From NCBI GenBank assembly GCA_047601445.1, contig JASGJH010000001.1, forward strand, positions 3,072,001-3,136,000: a DNA stretch of 64,000 nt. The letters are read 5' to 3'. Under the pieces are notes generated by a model that was not told the origin of the DNA, made no database searches, and was given only the letters and a program-made list of their open reading frames with translations. Below are positions 1 through 10,700 of the stretch, piece by piece. The stretch comes from Myxococcales bacterium. Lineage in GTDB: Bacteria > Myxococcota_A > Polyangia > Polyangiales > DASUME01. Positions within the stretch are counted from its first letter, which is position 1, and each line of letters begins with the position of its first letter. Both the position numbers and the translations under genes were made by a program.

Positions 1-799
1 CCACGCCGCTCGTGGCGAGCTCGGCCAGGCGCTCACGCGCCTTTCGGGCCACCGGATAGCCGGGCATGGTGAGGTCGAGCATGCGGTAGGTGGCCGCGGC
101 GGTGCGCACTTGCCCCGAGGCCTCTCGGAAGAGCGCGTGCTCGAGCGTGAGGTTGGGCGCCTCCGGCAGCTCCGGATAGCGACGCACCAGGCTCTGCAGC
201 TCGGTCTCGGCGTGAGGGTCGTGGGACAGCAGCAGGTTGTGGACGAGGCCGACCTGGGCGCGCGCCTCGAGGTCGTTGTTTTCCCCGAGCCGCAGGGCAT
301 CGCGATAGGCCGCCGCGGCGCGCGTCGGATCCCCCTGGCGCTCGTGGAGCTCCGCCCGCATCACGGCCACGTAGTCCGCGATACGCGGCATGGTGGCCTC
401 GACGACCCGCAAGTTGAGCAAGGCGTCTTCATAGAGGCCGCGGGCCTCGAGCTCGCGCGCCCGCGCCAGCGCCCGGGAAGCCACGAGCGGAGCATCCTCG
501 GCGCTCTCACGGCCCGACATGGGTGCGCAGGCGTCGAAGTTGGGGCTGGGCAGCACGTGCAGACGGGGCAGCTCGCAGAAGCCGAAGTTGCCGAAGTTGT
601 CGTCGGAGGAGCTCGAGCTGTAGCCCGCGCCGTCCAGCATCACCTCGGGCAGCGCGCAGAGCGGCTCCCCGGACCAGGCCCGACCGGCCGCCGGCAGCAG
701 CGTCAGCGCCGAAAGCAGAAGCGCTCCCTGTCGAAGAAGCCTGCGGTTCCGCGGGCGAGCGTGATTACGACGCAACGTGCAGCTCCCGTCCTTCCTCAT
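1..799 (-). CDS. Exported TPR-like helical protein, partial (runs off window start); possibly the N-terminus of a soluble lytic transglycosylase
   Basis: Manual minus-strand translation from ATG 799 is open to base 1: MRKDG...RRLLRQGALLLSALTLLPAAGRA (signal-like), then TPR-like helices (ARGLYEDALLNLRVV...IADYVAVMRAELHERQGDPTRAAAAYRDAL). Not in the ORF track; the Slt guess is unverified. Confidence 0.6.
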   Translation of the reverse strand, partial: MRKDGSCTLRRNHARPRNRRLLRQGALLLSALTLLPAAGRAWSGEPLCALPEVMLDGAGYSSSSSDDNFGNFGFCELPRLHVLPSPNFDACAPMSGRESAEDAPLVASRALARARELEARGLYEDALLNLRVVEATMPRIADYVAVMRAELHERQGDPTRAAAAYRDALRLGENNDLEARAQVGLVHNLLLSHDPHAETELQSLVRRYPELPEAPNLTLEHALFREASGQVRTAAATYRMLDLTMPGYPVARKARERLAELATSGV

Positions 800-950
800 C
801 CTGAGCAGAACTGAGCGCGATCGCAAAAAAATCCCGCGTCACCCGGCGCATTCCACGCGGGTACGTGTTCGGAGGGGGGAACACCACATGTGGCCGTTCG
901 GAGAAGAAACCCGGCGCGCCGTTCCATGTCGGCCAGCGCGACCGCCCGGT

Positions 951-1922
951 TCAGCCCGAAATGCCCAGGTTCTTGCGCAAGCGCGGAAGCGGAGCCTCCG
1001 TGTTGGGCACGAACGCTTCGCCACGAATGGTCTCGCACGCCTGGATGTAACGCAACGCAGCTTCCACGCGCACCTCGTCCGGGATCGTGGGCACCGGGCC
1101 GTCGCCCTTGTAGCCCTGCGAACCGAGGTAGCGGCGCACGTAGTCCTTGTCGAAGCTCTTCGGATCCTGGCCGGCCTCGAAGGCGGCCTGGTACGTGTCC
1201 GCCAGCCAGAAGCGCGAGGAGTCGGCCGTGTGGATCTCGTCGATCACCACGATCTCGCCGCTCTTGGTGCGACCGAATTCGTACTTGGTGTCGACCAGGA
1301 TGAGTCCGCGCTTCCGGCACACTTCCTGGCCGTGCTTGAAGAGCGCCATGGCGTACTCGGCGGCGGCATCGAAATCACGGGCCGTCACCGCACCCATGGC
1401 GATGATCTCATCGCGCGACACGCTGACGTCGTGATCACCGTGTTCGGCCTTGGTGCTAGGGGTGAGAATCGCCTCGGGCAGCTTCTCGTGCTTGCGCAGC
1501 CCGTCGGGCAAACGGTGTCCGCAGAACACCCGCGTCCCCTTCTCGTAGTGGGTCCAAATGCTGGTGGAGGTGTTGCCGGTGACGTAGGAGCGCACGATCA
1601 TCTCGACCTTGAGCGGCTCGCACTCGACCCCGATCATCACGTTCGGATCTGGCACCGAGACCACATGATTCGGCGCGATGCCCTTGGTCTCCTCGAACCA
1701 CCAGGCCGCCAAGGAGTTGAGCACCTGTCCCTTGTAAGGGAGCGTACCGAGCACCCGGTCGAAAGCGCTGATGCGGTCGGTGACCACCAGGATGCGCTTG
1801 CCGTCGGTTGTGGAGTAGTTGTCGCGGACCTTGCCCTCGTAGCGCGATCCGAGTCCGGGGAAGTTGGTGCCGTCCAGGGTCTTTTGGAGGCCGTCGAAGA
1901 GTACCTGCTGGCTCACGGTCAT
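951..1922 (-). CDS. purC: Phosphoribosylaminoimidazole-succinocarboxamide (SAICAR) synthase
   Basis: Motifs YEGKVRD, TDRISAFD, ILTPSTKA, ILVDTKYEFG, DEIHTADSSRFW, FDKDYVR; directly downstream of purB. Confidence 0.97.
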   Translation of the reverse strand: MTVSQQVLFDGLQKTLDGTNFPGLGSRYEGKVRDNYSTTDGKRILVVTDRISAFDRVLGTLPYKGQVLNSLAAWWFEETKGIAPNHVVSVPDPNVMIGVECEPLKVEMIVRSYVTGNTSTSIWTHYEKGTRVFCGHRLPDGLRKHEKLPEAILTPSTKAEHGDHDVSVSRDEIIAMGAVTARDFDAAAEYAMALFKHGQEVCRKRGLILVDTKYEFGRTKSGEIVVIDEIHTADSSRFWLADTYQAAFEAGQDPKSFDKDYVRRYLGSQGYKGDGPVPTIPDEVRVEAALRYIQACETIRGEAFVPNTEAPLPRLRKNLGISG

Positions 1923-1959
1923 GGCGGTCTTTGCCTTTCGCTATCGAAAGCGGCTGAAA

Positions 1960-3261
1960 TCAATAACTCGAAAGCGCCCGATCGATGATCGTGTCGGCGT
2001 GCTTGAGGGCGTGGTTGAGGTCGAACTGGGCGTCGATCTCCGCTTCGCTCAGGCGCGCCCGAATGTCGGCGTCAGCCTTGAGGAAAGCCCGGAAATCTCC
2101 CTCGCCCCGGAAGGCCTTCATGGCGTTGCGCTGGACCAGCACGTAGCCGTCCTGGCGCCCCATCCCGGTCTGCACGAGCGAGAGCAGGATGCCCTCGCTG
2201 GCCCACAAGCCGCCCGTGCGCTCCAGGTTCTGGCGCAGGCGCTCGGGATACACGACCAGCTTTTCGATCACCCCGCGCGTGCGGTCGAGCATGAAAGCCA
2301 GGGTGGCGCTGGCGTCGGGCAGCAGCATGCGCTCGACGGATGAATGGGAGATGTCGCGCTCGTGCCAGAGGGCGACGTTCTCCAGCATGGGGACCACGGC
2401 CGAACGCACCACGCGCGCGAGACCACACAGGTTCTCGGTGAGCACCGGGTTGCGCTTGTGGGGCATGGCGCTCGAGCCCTTCTGGCCCGGGTTGAAGAAT
2501 TCCTCGGCCTCGCCGACCTCGGTGCGCTGCCAGTGGCGGACGTTGGTGGCGAAGCGCTCGATGGCGGCGGCCATGCTGGCCATGGCCGAGGCGAAGACGG
2601 CGTGGCGATCGCGGGCGACCACCTGGGTGCTCACGGGCTCGGCGCGCAAGCCCAGCTGAGTGAGCGCCTCGAGCTCGATCTGGGGGGTTAGATGGGCGTA
2701 GGTGCCGACTGCGCCGGCAATCTTGCCCACTGCGACTTCTTCACGGGCGGCGGCGAGACGCGCGCGTGCCCGGGCGATTTCGGAGAAGTGCCCCGCCAGG
2801 GCGACGCCGAAGGTGGTCGGCTCGGCGTGGATGCCATGGGAGCGGCCCATCAGCGGAGTCTTGCGGTGCTCCTCGATGCGCACTCGGAACGCCGCCAGCA
2901 GCTTGTCGCTGCGCTCCACGAGGGAGTCGGCGGCGTCGCGCATGAGAATCGCGAGCGAGCTATCCAGCACGTCCGAGGAGGTCATCCCGCGGTGGAGCCA
3001 GCGCGCGGGGGCGCCCGCGAGCTCTTCCACGTGGGTCAGGAACGCGATCACGTCGTGGCGAGTGACCGCCTCGATCTCGTCGATGCGCGCCGGAATCAAC
3101 TTGGCTTTCGCGGGCCTGACTTCTTGCGCGGTGCCCACGGGTACGATGCCCGCACGCTCCATCGCTTCACAAGCAGCGAGCTCGACCTCGAACCAGGTCT
3201 CGAACTTGCGCTTTTCGGACCAGAGCTCAGCGAAATCTTTCGGCGTGTAGCGCGGGATCAT
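1960..3261 (-). CDS. purB: Adenylosuccinate lyase
   Basis: Starts MIPRY at ATG 3261 (track ORF over-extended); [30 protein letters not shown], signature [24 protein letters not shown]. Confidence 0.97.
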   Translation of the reverse strand: MIPRYTPKDFAELWSEKRKFETWFEVELAACEAMERAGIVPVGTAQEVRPAKAKLIPARIDEIEAVTRHDVIAFLTHVEELAGAPARWLHRGMTSSDVLDSSLAILMRDAADSLVERSDKLLAAFRVRIEEHRKTPLMGRSHGIHAEPTTFGVALAGHFSEIARARARLAAAREEVAVGKIAGAVGTYAHLTPQIELEALTQLGLRAEPVSTQVVARDRHAVFASAMASMAAAIERFATNVRHWQRTEVGEAEEFFNPGQKGSSAMPHKRNPVLTENLCGLARVVRSAVVPMLENVALWHERDISHSSVERMLLPDASATLAFMLDRTRGVIEKLVVYPERLRQNLERTGGLWASEGILLSLVQTGMGRQDGYVLVQRNAMKAFRGEGDFRAFLKADADIRARLSEAEIDAQFDLNHALKHADTIIDRALSSY

Positions 3262-3480
3262 GAGGAGGCCGAAACTAGCACCAGGCCTCGAAGATGCCAC
3301 GGAGGGCGCCGCTCCGAATTCGGGGCAAGCGCACGATTCCGCGCGCGGCTCGCACGGCCCCATGCAGATCGCCGGCAGATCGCCCTGATGGGTGCGGGAC
3401 AGCAGTTGACGCTGCGCCGAGCGGACACTACCCCTGAAGCTGTGAAGGGGCCATCGGTCGGAGCGAGTGTGGGCGTGAGC

Positions 3481-4089
3481 ATGCCTCTGATTCGAGAGCG
3501 GCTCGCACAACACGAACCCCGCGCAGGGGCCGACCGGCTCTGGCTCGCCGCCGGGGGCAGCGAAGATCCCCAGGCCTTGCCGGGCAAGCGCGCCGCGGTG
3601 GCCACCATCTTGCGCGAAGGCGGCGAAGGGCCCGAAGTGCTGCTGATCCGCCGGGCCGAGCACCCGCAGGATCCTTGGTCGGGCCACATGGCTTTTCCGG
3701 GGGGGCGCGAGTCTCCCGCCGATGCCGATCTGCTCGCCACGGCCGTCCGCGAAACCCAGGAGGAGCTCGGCCTCGACCTGGGGCAAGCGGCTCGCCTGTT
3801 GGGTCGCCTCGACGCGCTGCCGGCGGTGGCCCGCGGACGCCGCGTTGGGCTCACCATTGCTCCATTCGTGTTCGAGCTCACGGCCGAGGTCACGCTGACT
3901 CCGAATCACGAGGTCGCAGAGTGGCTGTGGGCGCCGATCACGCCGCTGCTGTCGGGCGCTCTCGCCACCACGATGCCCTATGAGTTCGAGGGACAGCGCA
4001 TCTCGCTGCCGGCCCATGACGTGCAGGGTCGCCTCGTCTGGGGCCTCACCTACCGCATGCTCGAAACGCTGTTCGCGCAGCTGCGTTGA
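3481..4089 (+). CDS. Nudix hydrolase, CoA pyrophosphatase-like
   Basis: RAAVA...VLLIRRA...[12 protein letters not shown], Nudix box [12 protein letters not shown]-terminal VWGLT; start uncertain (3442-3481). Confidence 0.9.
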   Translation: MPLIRERLAQHEPRAGADRLWLAAGGSEDPQALPGKRAAVATILREGGEGPEVLLIRRAEHPQDPWSGHMAFPGGRESPADADLLATAVRETQEELGLDLGQAARLLGRLDALPAVARGRRVGLTIAPFVFELTAEVTLTPNHEVAEWLWAPITPLLSGALATTMPYEFEGQRISLPAHDVQGRLVWGLTYRMLETLFAQLR

Positions 4090-4841
4090 TCGTGCCGCGC
4101 AAGCGCCTGCGAATGCTGCTCGGCTTGCTCGGTTGGCTCGCGCTGTCGGGCTGCAACTACCTGCGCGTCACGCGCGAGCCCATGGAGAAGACGATCTTCG
4201 TGGGGCGCGGTCCGGACAAAGCGCGCGGGGCCATCGTTCTCCTGCCGGGTTTCGGAGATCGGCCGGAGACCTTCCAAGAACAGGGCTTCGTACGCGGGCT
4301 CGTGCAGGTTGCCCCCGACTACGACGTGGTCGGAGCGGACGCCCATTTCGGCTACTACCGCAACCGCAACTTGCTCGCGCGTCTACAGAAGGACGTGATC
4401 GGCCCACTGGTGGCGCAGGGCTATCGCGAGCTGTGGCTGATCGGAGCGTCGATGGGTGGGCACGGCGCCGTAGCGTACGCCCGAGCGCATCCGGAAAAGA
4501 TCGCGGGCGTGATGTTGTTCGCGCCGTACATGGGTCCAGGCGAGGTCGTGGACGAGGTGAAGCGAGCCGGCGGGCTGTGCCAGTATCAGGTGCCTCCCTA
4601 CCAGGACACGCGCGAAGGCTTTGCCCGCGCGAACTTCGGCTGGCTCAAGCAGGCCGCTTGCAGCAGCGGCTCGCCCCAGATCTGGCTCGCAGTGGGCGAT
4701 CAAGATGGCTTGCTGGCCGCTGACCGCGTGCTCGCCGATGTCTTGCCGCGCGAGCGCGTGCTCATTCTGCCTGGAAAACACGGCTGGAAAGTCTGGACGC
4801 CCGCCGTGCGTCAGCTCGCAGCACGGGCGTTTGACAAGTGA
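4086..4841 (+). CDS. Alpha/beta-hydrolase lipoprotein (putative esterase)
   Basis: Lipobox LALSG-C; LLPGFGD oxyanion loop, GASMGG nucleophile elbow, GDQD, GKHGW; overlaps the Nudix stop codon. Confidence 0.85.
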   Translation: MIVPRKRLRMLLGLLGWLALSGCNYLRVTREPMEKTIFVGRGPDKARGAIVLLPGFGDRPETFQEQGFVRGLVQVAPDYDVVGADAHFGYYRNRNLLARLQKDVIGPLVAQGYRELWLIGASMGGHGAVAYARAHPEKIAGVMLFAPYMGPGEVVDEVKRAGGLCQYQVPPYQDTREGFARANFGWLKQAACSSGSPQIWLAVGDQDGLLAADRVLADVLPRERVLILPGKHGWKVWTPAVRQLAARAFDK

Positions 4842-4894
4842 ACAGGTTCGCCGTGCCGATTTGACAGGCGCGAGCCGTCGCACTAAGCGACGCC

Positions 4895-6448
4895 ATGGCC
4901 TTCATTTATGATGAGCCGAGCAGGACCTTCGGCGAATACCTGCTCGTTCCCAATCTGACGACCAAGCAGTGCATACCTGCCAACGTCGACCTCAAAGCCC
5001 CTGTCGTGCGCTTCAAGGCGGATCCCAACGATCCCGACTTCGATCCGCGTAAGTCCCCGCTCACCATCAACGTGCCCATCACGAGCGCCCTGATGCAATC
5101 GGTGTCCGGCGCCGACCTGGCCATCGCGCTGGCGCGCTGCGGCGGGTTGTCGTTCGTCTTCGGCTCGCAAGCCATCGAAGACGAGGCGGCCATGGTGCGC
5201 CGCGTGAAGAACTACAAGGCCGGCTTCGTGGTGAGCGACTCGAACCTGCGCCCCGAGGCCACCCTGGCCGACGTACTGGTGCTCACCGAGCGCTCCGGCC
5301 ACTCCACCGTGGCCATCACCGAAGACGGCAGCCCGAGCGGCAAGTTCCTCGGCATCATCACGAGCCGCGATTACCGCGCCCACAAGACCCCGCTCACCAC
5401 GCCGGTGCGCGAGATCATGACGCCGTTCAAGTCCATCCAATCGGCGCGCGTCGGCATCGTGCTCGAAGAGGCCAACGAGCTCATCTGGAAGCACAAGCTC
5501 AACTGCCTGCCGGTGATCGACGAGCGTCAGCACCTGCAGTACCTGGTGTTCCGCAAGGACTACGAGTCCCACCAGGAGCATCCGCTCGAGAACGTCGACA
5601 AGGCCAAGCGCTTGATCGTCGGTGCGGGCATCAACTCGCGCGACTACCGCGAGCGCGTGCCGGCTCTGATCGAGGCGGGTGCCGACGTGCTCTGTATCGA
5701 CTCCTCCGACGGCTATTCGGAGTGGCAGCGCGACACCATCGAGTACGTGCGCAAGGAGCACCCGAACAGCTTCATCGGCGCGGGCAACGTGGTGGACCGC
5801 GAGGGCTTCTTGTACCTGGCCGAGGCCGGCGCGGACTTCGTGAAGGTCGGCATCGGCGGCGGCTCCATCTGCATCACGCGCGAGCAGAAGGGCATCGGTC
5901 GCGGTCAGGCTTCGGCGGTGATCGAAGTGGCCAAGGCGCGCGACGAGTACTTCCAGAAGACCGGCATCTATGTGCCGATCTGCTCCGACGGCGGCATCAG
6001 CCAGGACTACCACATCACCTTGGCGCTCGCGATGGGCGCCGATTTCATGATGATGGGCCGCTACTTCGCCCGGTTCGACGAGGCCCCTGGACGCAAGGTT
6101 CGCCTGAACAACCAGTTCATGAAGGAGTACTGGGGCGAGGGCAGCAACCGCGCGCGCAACTGGCAGCGCTACGACCACGGCGGCGAGAAGACCGACAAGA
6201 AGAAGAAGGACCAGATGGAGTTCGAGGAGGGCGTCGACAGCTACGTGCCGTACGCGGGCAAGCTGAAGGACAACCTCGACACCACCTTGGCCAAGGTGCG
6301 CTCCACCATGTGCAACTGCGGCTCGCTGAGCTTGCGCGAACTCTACAAGCGCTCACGCGTCACGGTGGCGAGCGCAGTGAGCATTCACGAGGGTGGTGTG
6401 CACGACGTGATGCTCAAGGACTCGCGCAGCAATCCCACCGAGGCTTGA
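4895..6448 (+). CDS. guaB: IMP dehydrogenase with CBS pair
   Basis: [32 protein letters not shown] with catalytic Cys, SDGG, MMGRYF, EEGV. Confidence 0.96.
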   Translation: MAFIYDEPSRTFGEYLLVPNLTTKQCIPANVDLKAPVVRFKADPNDPDFDPRKSPLTINVPITSALMQSVSGADLAIALARCGGLSFVFGSQAIEDEAAMVRRVKNYKAGFVVSDSNLRPEATLADVLVLTERSGHSTVAITEDGSPSGKFLGIITSRDYRAHKTPLTTPVREIMTPFKSIQSARVGIVLEEANELIWKHKLNCLPVIDERQHLQYLVFRKDYESHQEHPLENVDKAKRLIVGAGINSRDYRERVPALIEAGADVLCIDSSDGYSEWQRDTIEYVRKEHPNSFIGAGNVVDREGFLYLAEAGADFVKVGIGGGSICITREQKGIGRGQASAVIEVAKARDEYFQKTGIYVPICSDGGISQDYHITLALAMGADFMMMGRYFARFDEAPGRKVRLNNQFMKEYWGEGSNRARNWQRYDHGGEKTDKKKKDQMEFEEGVDSYVPYAGKLKDNLDTTLAKVRSTMCNCGSLSLRELYKRSRVTVASAVSIHEGGVHDVMLKDSRSNPTEA

Positions 6449-6485
6449 TGGGGTTCGACGGGAGGGCACGCACCCTCCCCGTCCA

Positions 6486-7049
6486 CTAGCTCCCGCAGCT
6501 GCAATCCAGACAGCCCCGCGCTGCGCAGGCGCCACAGGTCTCGTGGACCCGCTTGCGCAGGGCTTCGCGTGCCCGGTGAGTTCGCACTGCGGCGTTGTTG
6601 GGTGTGATGCCGACCTGAGCGGCGAACTCGCTCACGCTCTCGCCGCCGAGGTCCACGCGCCGCACGGCTTCGGCGTATTCGGGTTTCAGGCCCTGCGCCA
6701 GCTGGCCCACGCATTGACACACGGCCTGGCGGGTCTCGCTGGGCCCCTCACCTTCCAGGGCCAACTCGTCGGCCAGGGCGCGCAGCTTGCGCTCCTCCGA
6801 GGAACGCCGACGCGCGTGGTCGATCACCGAATTGCGCAGCACCCGGTAGAACCAGGCCAGCGCTGTCTCTTCACTGCGCACGCCCGAGACCTTGTCCAGG
6901 CTGCGCTCGAAGGCGTCCTGCAGGATCTCCTGGGCGAGCGCGCGGTCGCCGGTTCTACGCTCCAGGAAGTCCAGGAATTTTCGGTAGTTGGCAGTTAGCT
7001 CCGCCAGGGTCTCTGCGCCTTCTCGGGGGCGCTCGGTAAGCTCGCTCAT
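6486..7049 (-). CDS. ECF sigma factor with CxC motif and C-terminal Cys-rich domain (CorE-like, metal-responsive)
   Basis: Region 2 (AQEILQDAF...AWFYRVLRNSVIDHARR), linker CQC, region 4 (ITPNNAAVRTHRAREALRK), tail CGACAARGCLDCSC. Confidence 0.9.
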   Translation of the reverse strand: MSELTERPREGAETLAELTANYRKFLDFLERRTGDRALAQEILQDAFERSLDKVSGVRSEETALAWFYRVLRNSVIDHARRRSSEERKLRALADELALEGEGPSETRQAVCQCVGQLAQGLKPEYAEAVRRVDLGGESVSEFAAQVGITPNNAAVRTHRAREALRKRVHETCGACAARGCLDCSCGS

Positions 7050-8254
7050 GGATTCTGCTCCGCCGTCGTCTCGTCCGAGCGCCCTGCGGCGCCCTTCCTT
7101 GGGGAAGACGCAGCAGGCGGGCCGGTCATTACAGTGATGGCCGCCGGCCCGCGGGTCGGGCCGAAGAACTGCTCACGGTACGAGCGCTCGTAGAGGTCGA
7201 TGACGGTCAGGAAGAAGGCGGCGATCAGGGGCCCATAGAGCAACCCGACCAACCCGAACGAGGCGATGCCTCCGAGCACGGCGAAGAAGATCAGCATGCT
7301 GTGCATCTGCATGCGACTACCCATCAAGCGCGGCTTCACCAGGTTCTCGATCAACACGCTCTCGACCAGGCAGAACACGAAGAAGCCGATGGCCAGGGGC
7401 ACGCGGCCCTTCATCAGCAGGTACAGCGTGGCCGGCAAGGACACCGCGTGGATGCCCAGGAGCGGCAAGAAGGCGAACACCGTCATCACGGCGCCCCAAA
7501 ACAGTGGCGAAGGCAACCCCACCGTCAACATCGCGAGCGCACCCAGCCCCCCCTGCAGCACGCTGCCCACGCCGTTGCCCAGCAAGATGGCGCCGCCCAC
7601 GTTGCGGAACGTGCGCACGATGCGCTCTTCCTCGGTGTCGGGCAGGGGCGAGAGGTCGAACACGCGGCGCTTGATGGCGGGGCCGTCGACCAGCCCGAAG
7701 AACACCACCACCAACATCAAAGCGAAGTGGTAGAGCGCCGAAAACACGTTGGCGACCACGCCGTTGAGTTGTTCGCTCAAGAAGCCCGCCACCGCTCCGG
7801 CCGCGGCGGCGCTGGACTTGCGAAACGCCTCGGGCGTGTATTCGAGGCCGACCAGGTTGCCGAACTGCTGGGCGTGGCGCCCTACCCAACCCTCCCCGCG
7901 CAGCGCCTCCTGCACGGTTGGATCGCCGAGCGACGCGCTGACCGCCTCGTAGGCGTGGGCCGCCTGTCGCGACAGGCTCGTCACCAACCACAGCGTGGGC
8001 AGCGCAATCACCACCGCGACCGCCACCGTCACCACCGCTCCCGCCAGCGCCTGGTTGCCCGATAGGCGCCGGACCAGGCGGAGGTAGTAGGTGCGACAGC
8101 CACCCGCGATCAGGAAGCCCAGCACCATGTCCGTGACGAAGTCCCACAGCAGATAGCCGAACCAGTACAGGGCGAACAGCAGCACCACGGCGAAGAACGC
8201 GAGCGTGCCGCGGCTGTGGGTCACTTGGACGTCGGGGCGGGCCGGTTCCTCCAT
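7046..8254 (-). CDS. AI-2E family (PerM/TqsA) transporter
   Basis: Multiple TM helices; ENLVKPRLMG, FFAVLGGIASFGLVGLLYGP; start MEEP at 8254; stop overlaps the sigma-factor ATG (ATGA). Confidence 0.92.
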   Translation of the reverse strand: MEEPARPDVQVTHSRGTLAFFAVVLLFALYWFGYLLWDFVTDMVLGFLIAGGCRTYYLRLVRRLSGNQALAGAVVTVAVAVVIALPTLWLVTSLSRQAAHAYEAVSASLGDPTVQEALRGEGWVGRHAQQFGNLVGLEYTPEAFRKSSAAAAGAVAGFLSEQLNGVVANVFSALYHFALMLVVVFFGLVDGPAIKRRVFDLSPLPDTEEERIVRTFRNVGGAILLGNGVGSVLQGGLGALAMLTVGLPSPLFWGAVMTVFAFLPLLGIHAVSLPATLYLLMKGRVPLAIGFFVFCLVESVLIENLVKPRLMGSRMQMHSMLIFFAVLGGIASFGLVGLLYGPLIAAFFLTVIDLYERSYREQFFGPTRGPAAITVMTGPPAASSPRKGAAGRSDETTAEQNP

Positions 8255-8523
8255 GGTGCGAGAGCGTATCACCGAGCGGCGTGAATGGGCCGCCGGAACC
8301 CTCGCTTTGACCGAGCGGACCAAGTTCGGGCAGTGGGCCCCGCAGCGCGTCTCGGAGCACACACGAAGTCGCGTCTCGGGGTGGGCGACTACTTGATCCT
8401 GCTGGCGAATTCGGGCGATACCTCGGCTGCTCGCCAGCGCCCCTCGAGGCACGCCCGTGCGCGGCGCGAGCAGACACCGCAGTCCAGCCCGTCGAAGCGG
8501 GCGGTCCGCCCACGAGCTCACGC

Positions 8524-10695
8524 ATGGAATCGACCACCAAAGTCACCTTCTGTCGGATCTGCGAGGCGAGCTGCGGGCTCTTGGCTCAGGTCGAAGGGCA
8601 ACGCGTGCTCAAGCTCGCGCCCGATCCCGAGCACGTGGTGAGCCGTGGCTTCGTCTGCGTGAAGGGGGTCCGCTACACGGAGATCCACCACTCGCCCGAT
8701 CGCCTGAGCACGCCGCTCAAGCGCGTGGGCGGCCGCTACCAGGAGATTAGCTGGGAGCAGGCGTTCGAGGAGATCGGCGCCAAGGTCCGCTCGCTGCGCG
8801 CCCAACACGGCAACGACAGCGTCGGCATGTACGTGGGCAATCCGGCGCCCTTCAGTCCACCGCACATGGTGTTCGCCGGCGCCTTCAACACCGGGCTCAA
8901 GACGCGCCACCTGTACACGTCCGGCTCCCAGGACTGCAATAACAAGTTCGTGGTGGCGCAGGCCATGTTCGGCTCTCCGTTGCTGCAGGCCATCCCGGAC
9001 ATCGACCATGCACACTGCGTGATCATGGTGGGCACCAACCCGGCCATCTCGCAGCTGAGCATGGCCAACGCGCCGCGCGTGATCGAGCGCCTCAAGGGCG
9101 TGACCAAGCGCGAGGCAGGACGCGTGGTGTTCGTGAACCCGCGCCACACCGAGTCGTCGCAACAACTGGGGGAGCACTGGCCGATTCGTCCGGGCGCCGA
9201 CGTGTTCTTCTTTCTGGCCTTTCTGCACGTGCTCCTGGCCGAGCACCGGCCATCGAGCGCGCAGCGGGCCTTGGTTTCAGGCGTCGAGGAGCTCGAGAGG
9301 TTGGTCGCAGCATGGTCCCCCGAGCGGGTGGAGCCACTGACCGGCATCGGCGCGGCACCGCTGCGCGCCCTGGTGCGAGACTACGTGGGCGCCGAGAGCG
9401 CGGTGCTCTACGCGGGCACCGGCGTGAATCAGGGGCCGCACGGGACGCTCTCGTTCTGGTTGCTTACGTGCATTCAGATCTTGAGCGGACACTTCGACCA
9501 GCTGGGCAGCATGCTGATGACACGGCAGCAGCAGCGCACCGCGCGCCTGGGCTATCCCACTGGTGACGCCATTCCAGTGAAGCACTCGCGCTTCGGTGCG
9601 CACGCCTCGGTGATCGACAGCCTGCCGGCGGGAGTGATGGCCGATGAGATCCTCACGGCGGGTCCCGGCCAGCTACGCGCCATGTTCGTCACCGCAGGTA
9701 ATCCGCTGCTGAGCTGTCCGAACGAAGCGCGCATGCGAGAGGCTCTCGGCTCGCTCGAGCTCCTCGTCTGCATCGATCTGTTCCGCAACGAGACCGGCAA
9801 CCTGGCCCACTATCTGCTGCCGGCGACGTCCTTCCTCGAGCGCTCGGACATGCCCATGGGGATCTCGGGCTATCAGCCCGTGCCCTATGCCCAGGTGGTG
9901 GAGCCCGTGGTGGAGCCACTCGGTCAGGCCAAGGACGAGTGGTGGATCTTCGCGCAGCTGGGGCGCGTCTGTCGGGCCCCGTTCAACGGCGCGCCGCTGC
10001 TGCAATGGTGGCTGGATCGATCCGTCCAGGCCGACAGCTGGCTGCCGCGCCTCATGCGCTTCGCGCCGAGCCTCTTGTTCCTGGCCATTCTGCTGCTCGA
10101 ACGGCTGACTCCCAAGAGGCTGCGCAAGCACCCCCACGGCCTGCTGCTCAAGCCGCACCAACCGACCCAGTTCTTGCGCAAGGGGGTACTGAACGCAGAG
10201 AAGCGCGCGCGGCTCGCCCCGCCGGCGTTCTTGGCTGCCGCTCGTGAGCTCGACGCGCACTTCGACAAGCAGCTCGCCGAACGTGACAAGTTGCTGCTCA
10301 TCACCAAGCGCGAGAAGCGCAGCCACAACTCCTGGATGCACAACTCTCCCTCGTTGGGCGGGGACACGAAGCGCGGGGCCAATCATCTCAGCATGCACCC
10401 GGAGGACGCAGCGCGGCGGGGCATCACGGACGGCGATCTGTGCGAGTTGCGCGCGGCGGGAGCGGCGCTGCGCGTGGTGGTCCGCACCAGCGAGGACATG
10501 TTGCCCAACAGCGTGGCGCTTCCCCATGGCTGGGGGCACGCCCAGGCCGACGGCTTGCAGGTCGCGCGCCAGATCCCGGGCGTGAATCCGAACCTACTGG
10601 CCGCCGACGGAGCACCTGCGCTCGAGCCGTTGTCGGGGATGTCGCGCCTGACCGCCTTCGAGGTCGAGCTGCACAAGCTCTCCGACGCTGAATGA
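8524..10695 (+). CDS. Molybdopterin-dependent oxidoreductase (DMSO reductase superfamily) with N-terminal 4Fe-4S site
   Basis: TFCRICEASCG...GFVCVKG...HSPDRLSTPL, GTNPAIS, AGNPLLS, LPATSFLER, C-terminal HPEDAARRGI...LPHGWGH; no Tat signal. Confidence 0.92.
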   Translation: MESTTKVTFCRICEASCGLLAQVEGQRVLKLAPDPEHVVSRGFVCVKGVRYTEIHHSPDRLSTPLKRVGGRYQEISWEQAFEEIGAKVRSLRAQHGNDSVGMYVGNPAPFSPPHMVFAGAFNTGLKTRHLYTSGSQDCNNKFVVAQAMFGSPLLQAIPDIDHAHCVIMVGTNPAISQLSMANAPRVIERLKGVTKREAGRVVFVNPRHTESSQQLGEHWPIRPGADVFFFLAFLHVLLAEHRPSSAQRALVSGVEELERLVAAWSPERVEPLTGIGAAPLRALVRDYVGAESAVLYAGTGVNQGPHGTLSFWLLTCIQILSGHFDQLGSMLMTRQQQRTARLGYPTGDAIPVKHSRFGAHASVIDSLPAGVMADEILTAGPGQLRAMFVTAGNPLLSCPNEARMREALGSLELLVCIDLFRNETGNLAHYLLPATSFLERSDMPMGISGYQPVPYAQVVEPVVEPLGQAKDEWWIFAQLGRVCRAPFNGAPLLQWWLDRSVQADSWLPRLMRFAPSLLFLAILLLERLTPKRLRKHPHGLLLKPHQPTQFLRKGVLNAEKRARLAPPAFLAAARELDAHFDKQLAERDKLLLITKREKRSHNSWMHNSPSLGGDTKRGANHLSMHPEDAARRGITDGDLCELRAAGAALRVVVRTSEDMLPNSVALPHGWGHAQADGLQVARQIPGVNPNLLAADGAPALEPLSGMSRLTAFEVELHKLSDAE

Positions 10696-10700
10696 GCTGG

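Noticed and set aside
1960..4089. Apparent long overlap of 685-aa and 465-aa ORFs
   Set aside because: Over-extended N-termini; purB starts at 3261 and the Nudix gene at about 3481, so they are simply divergent
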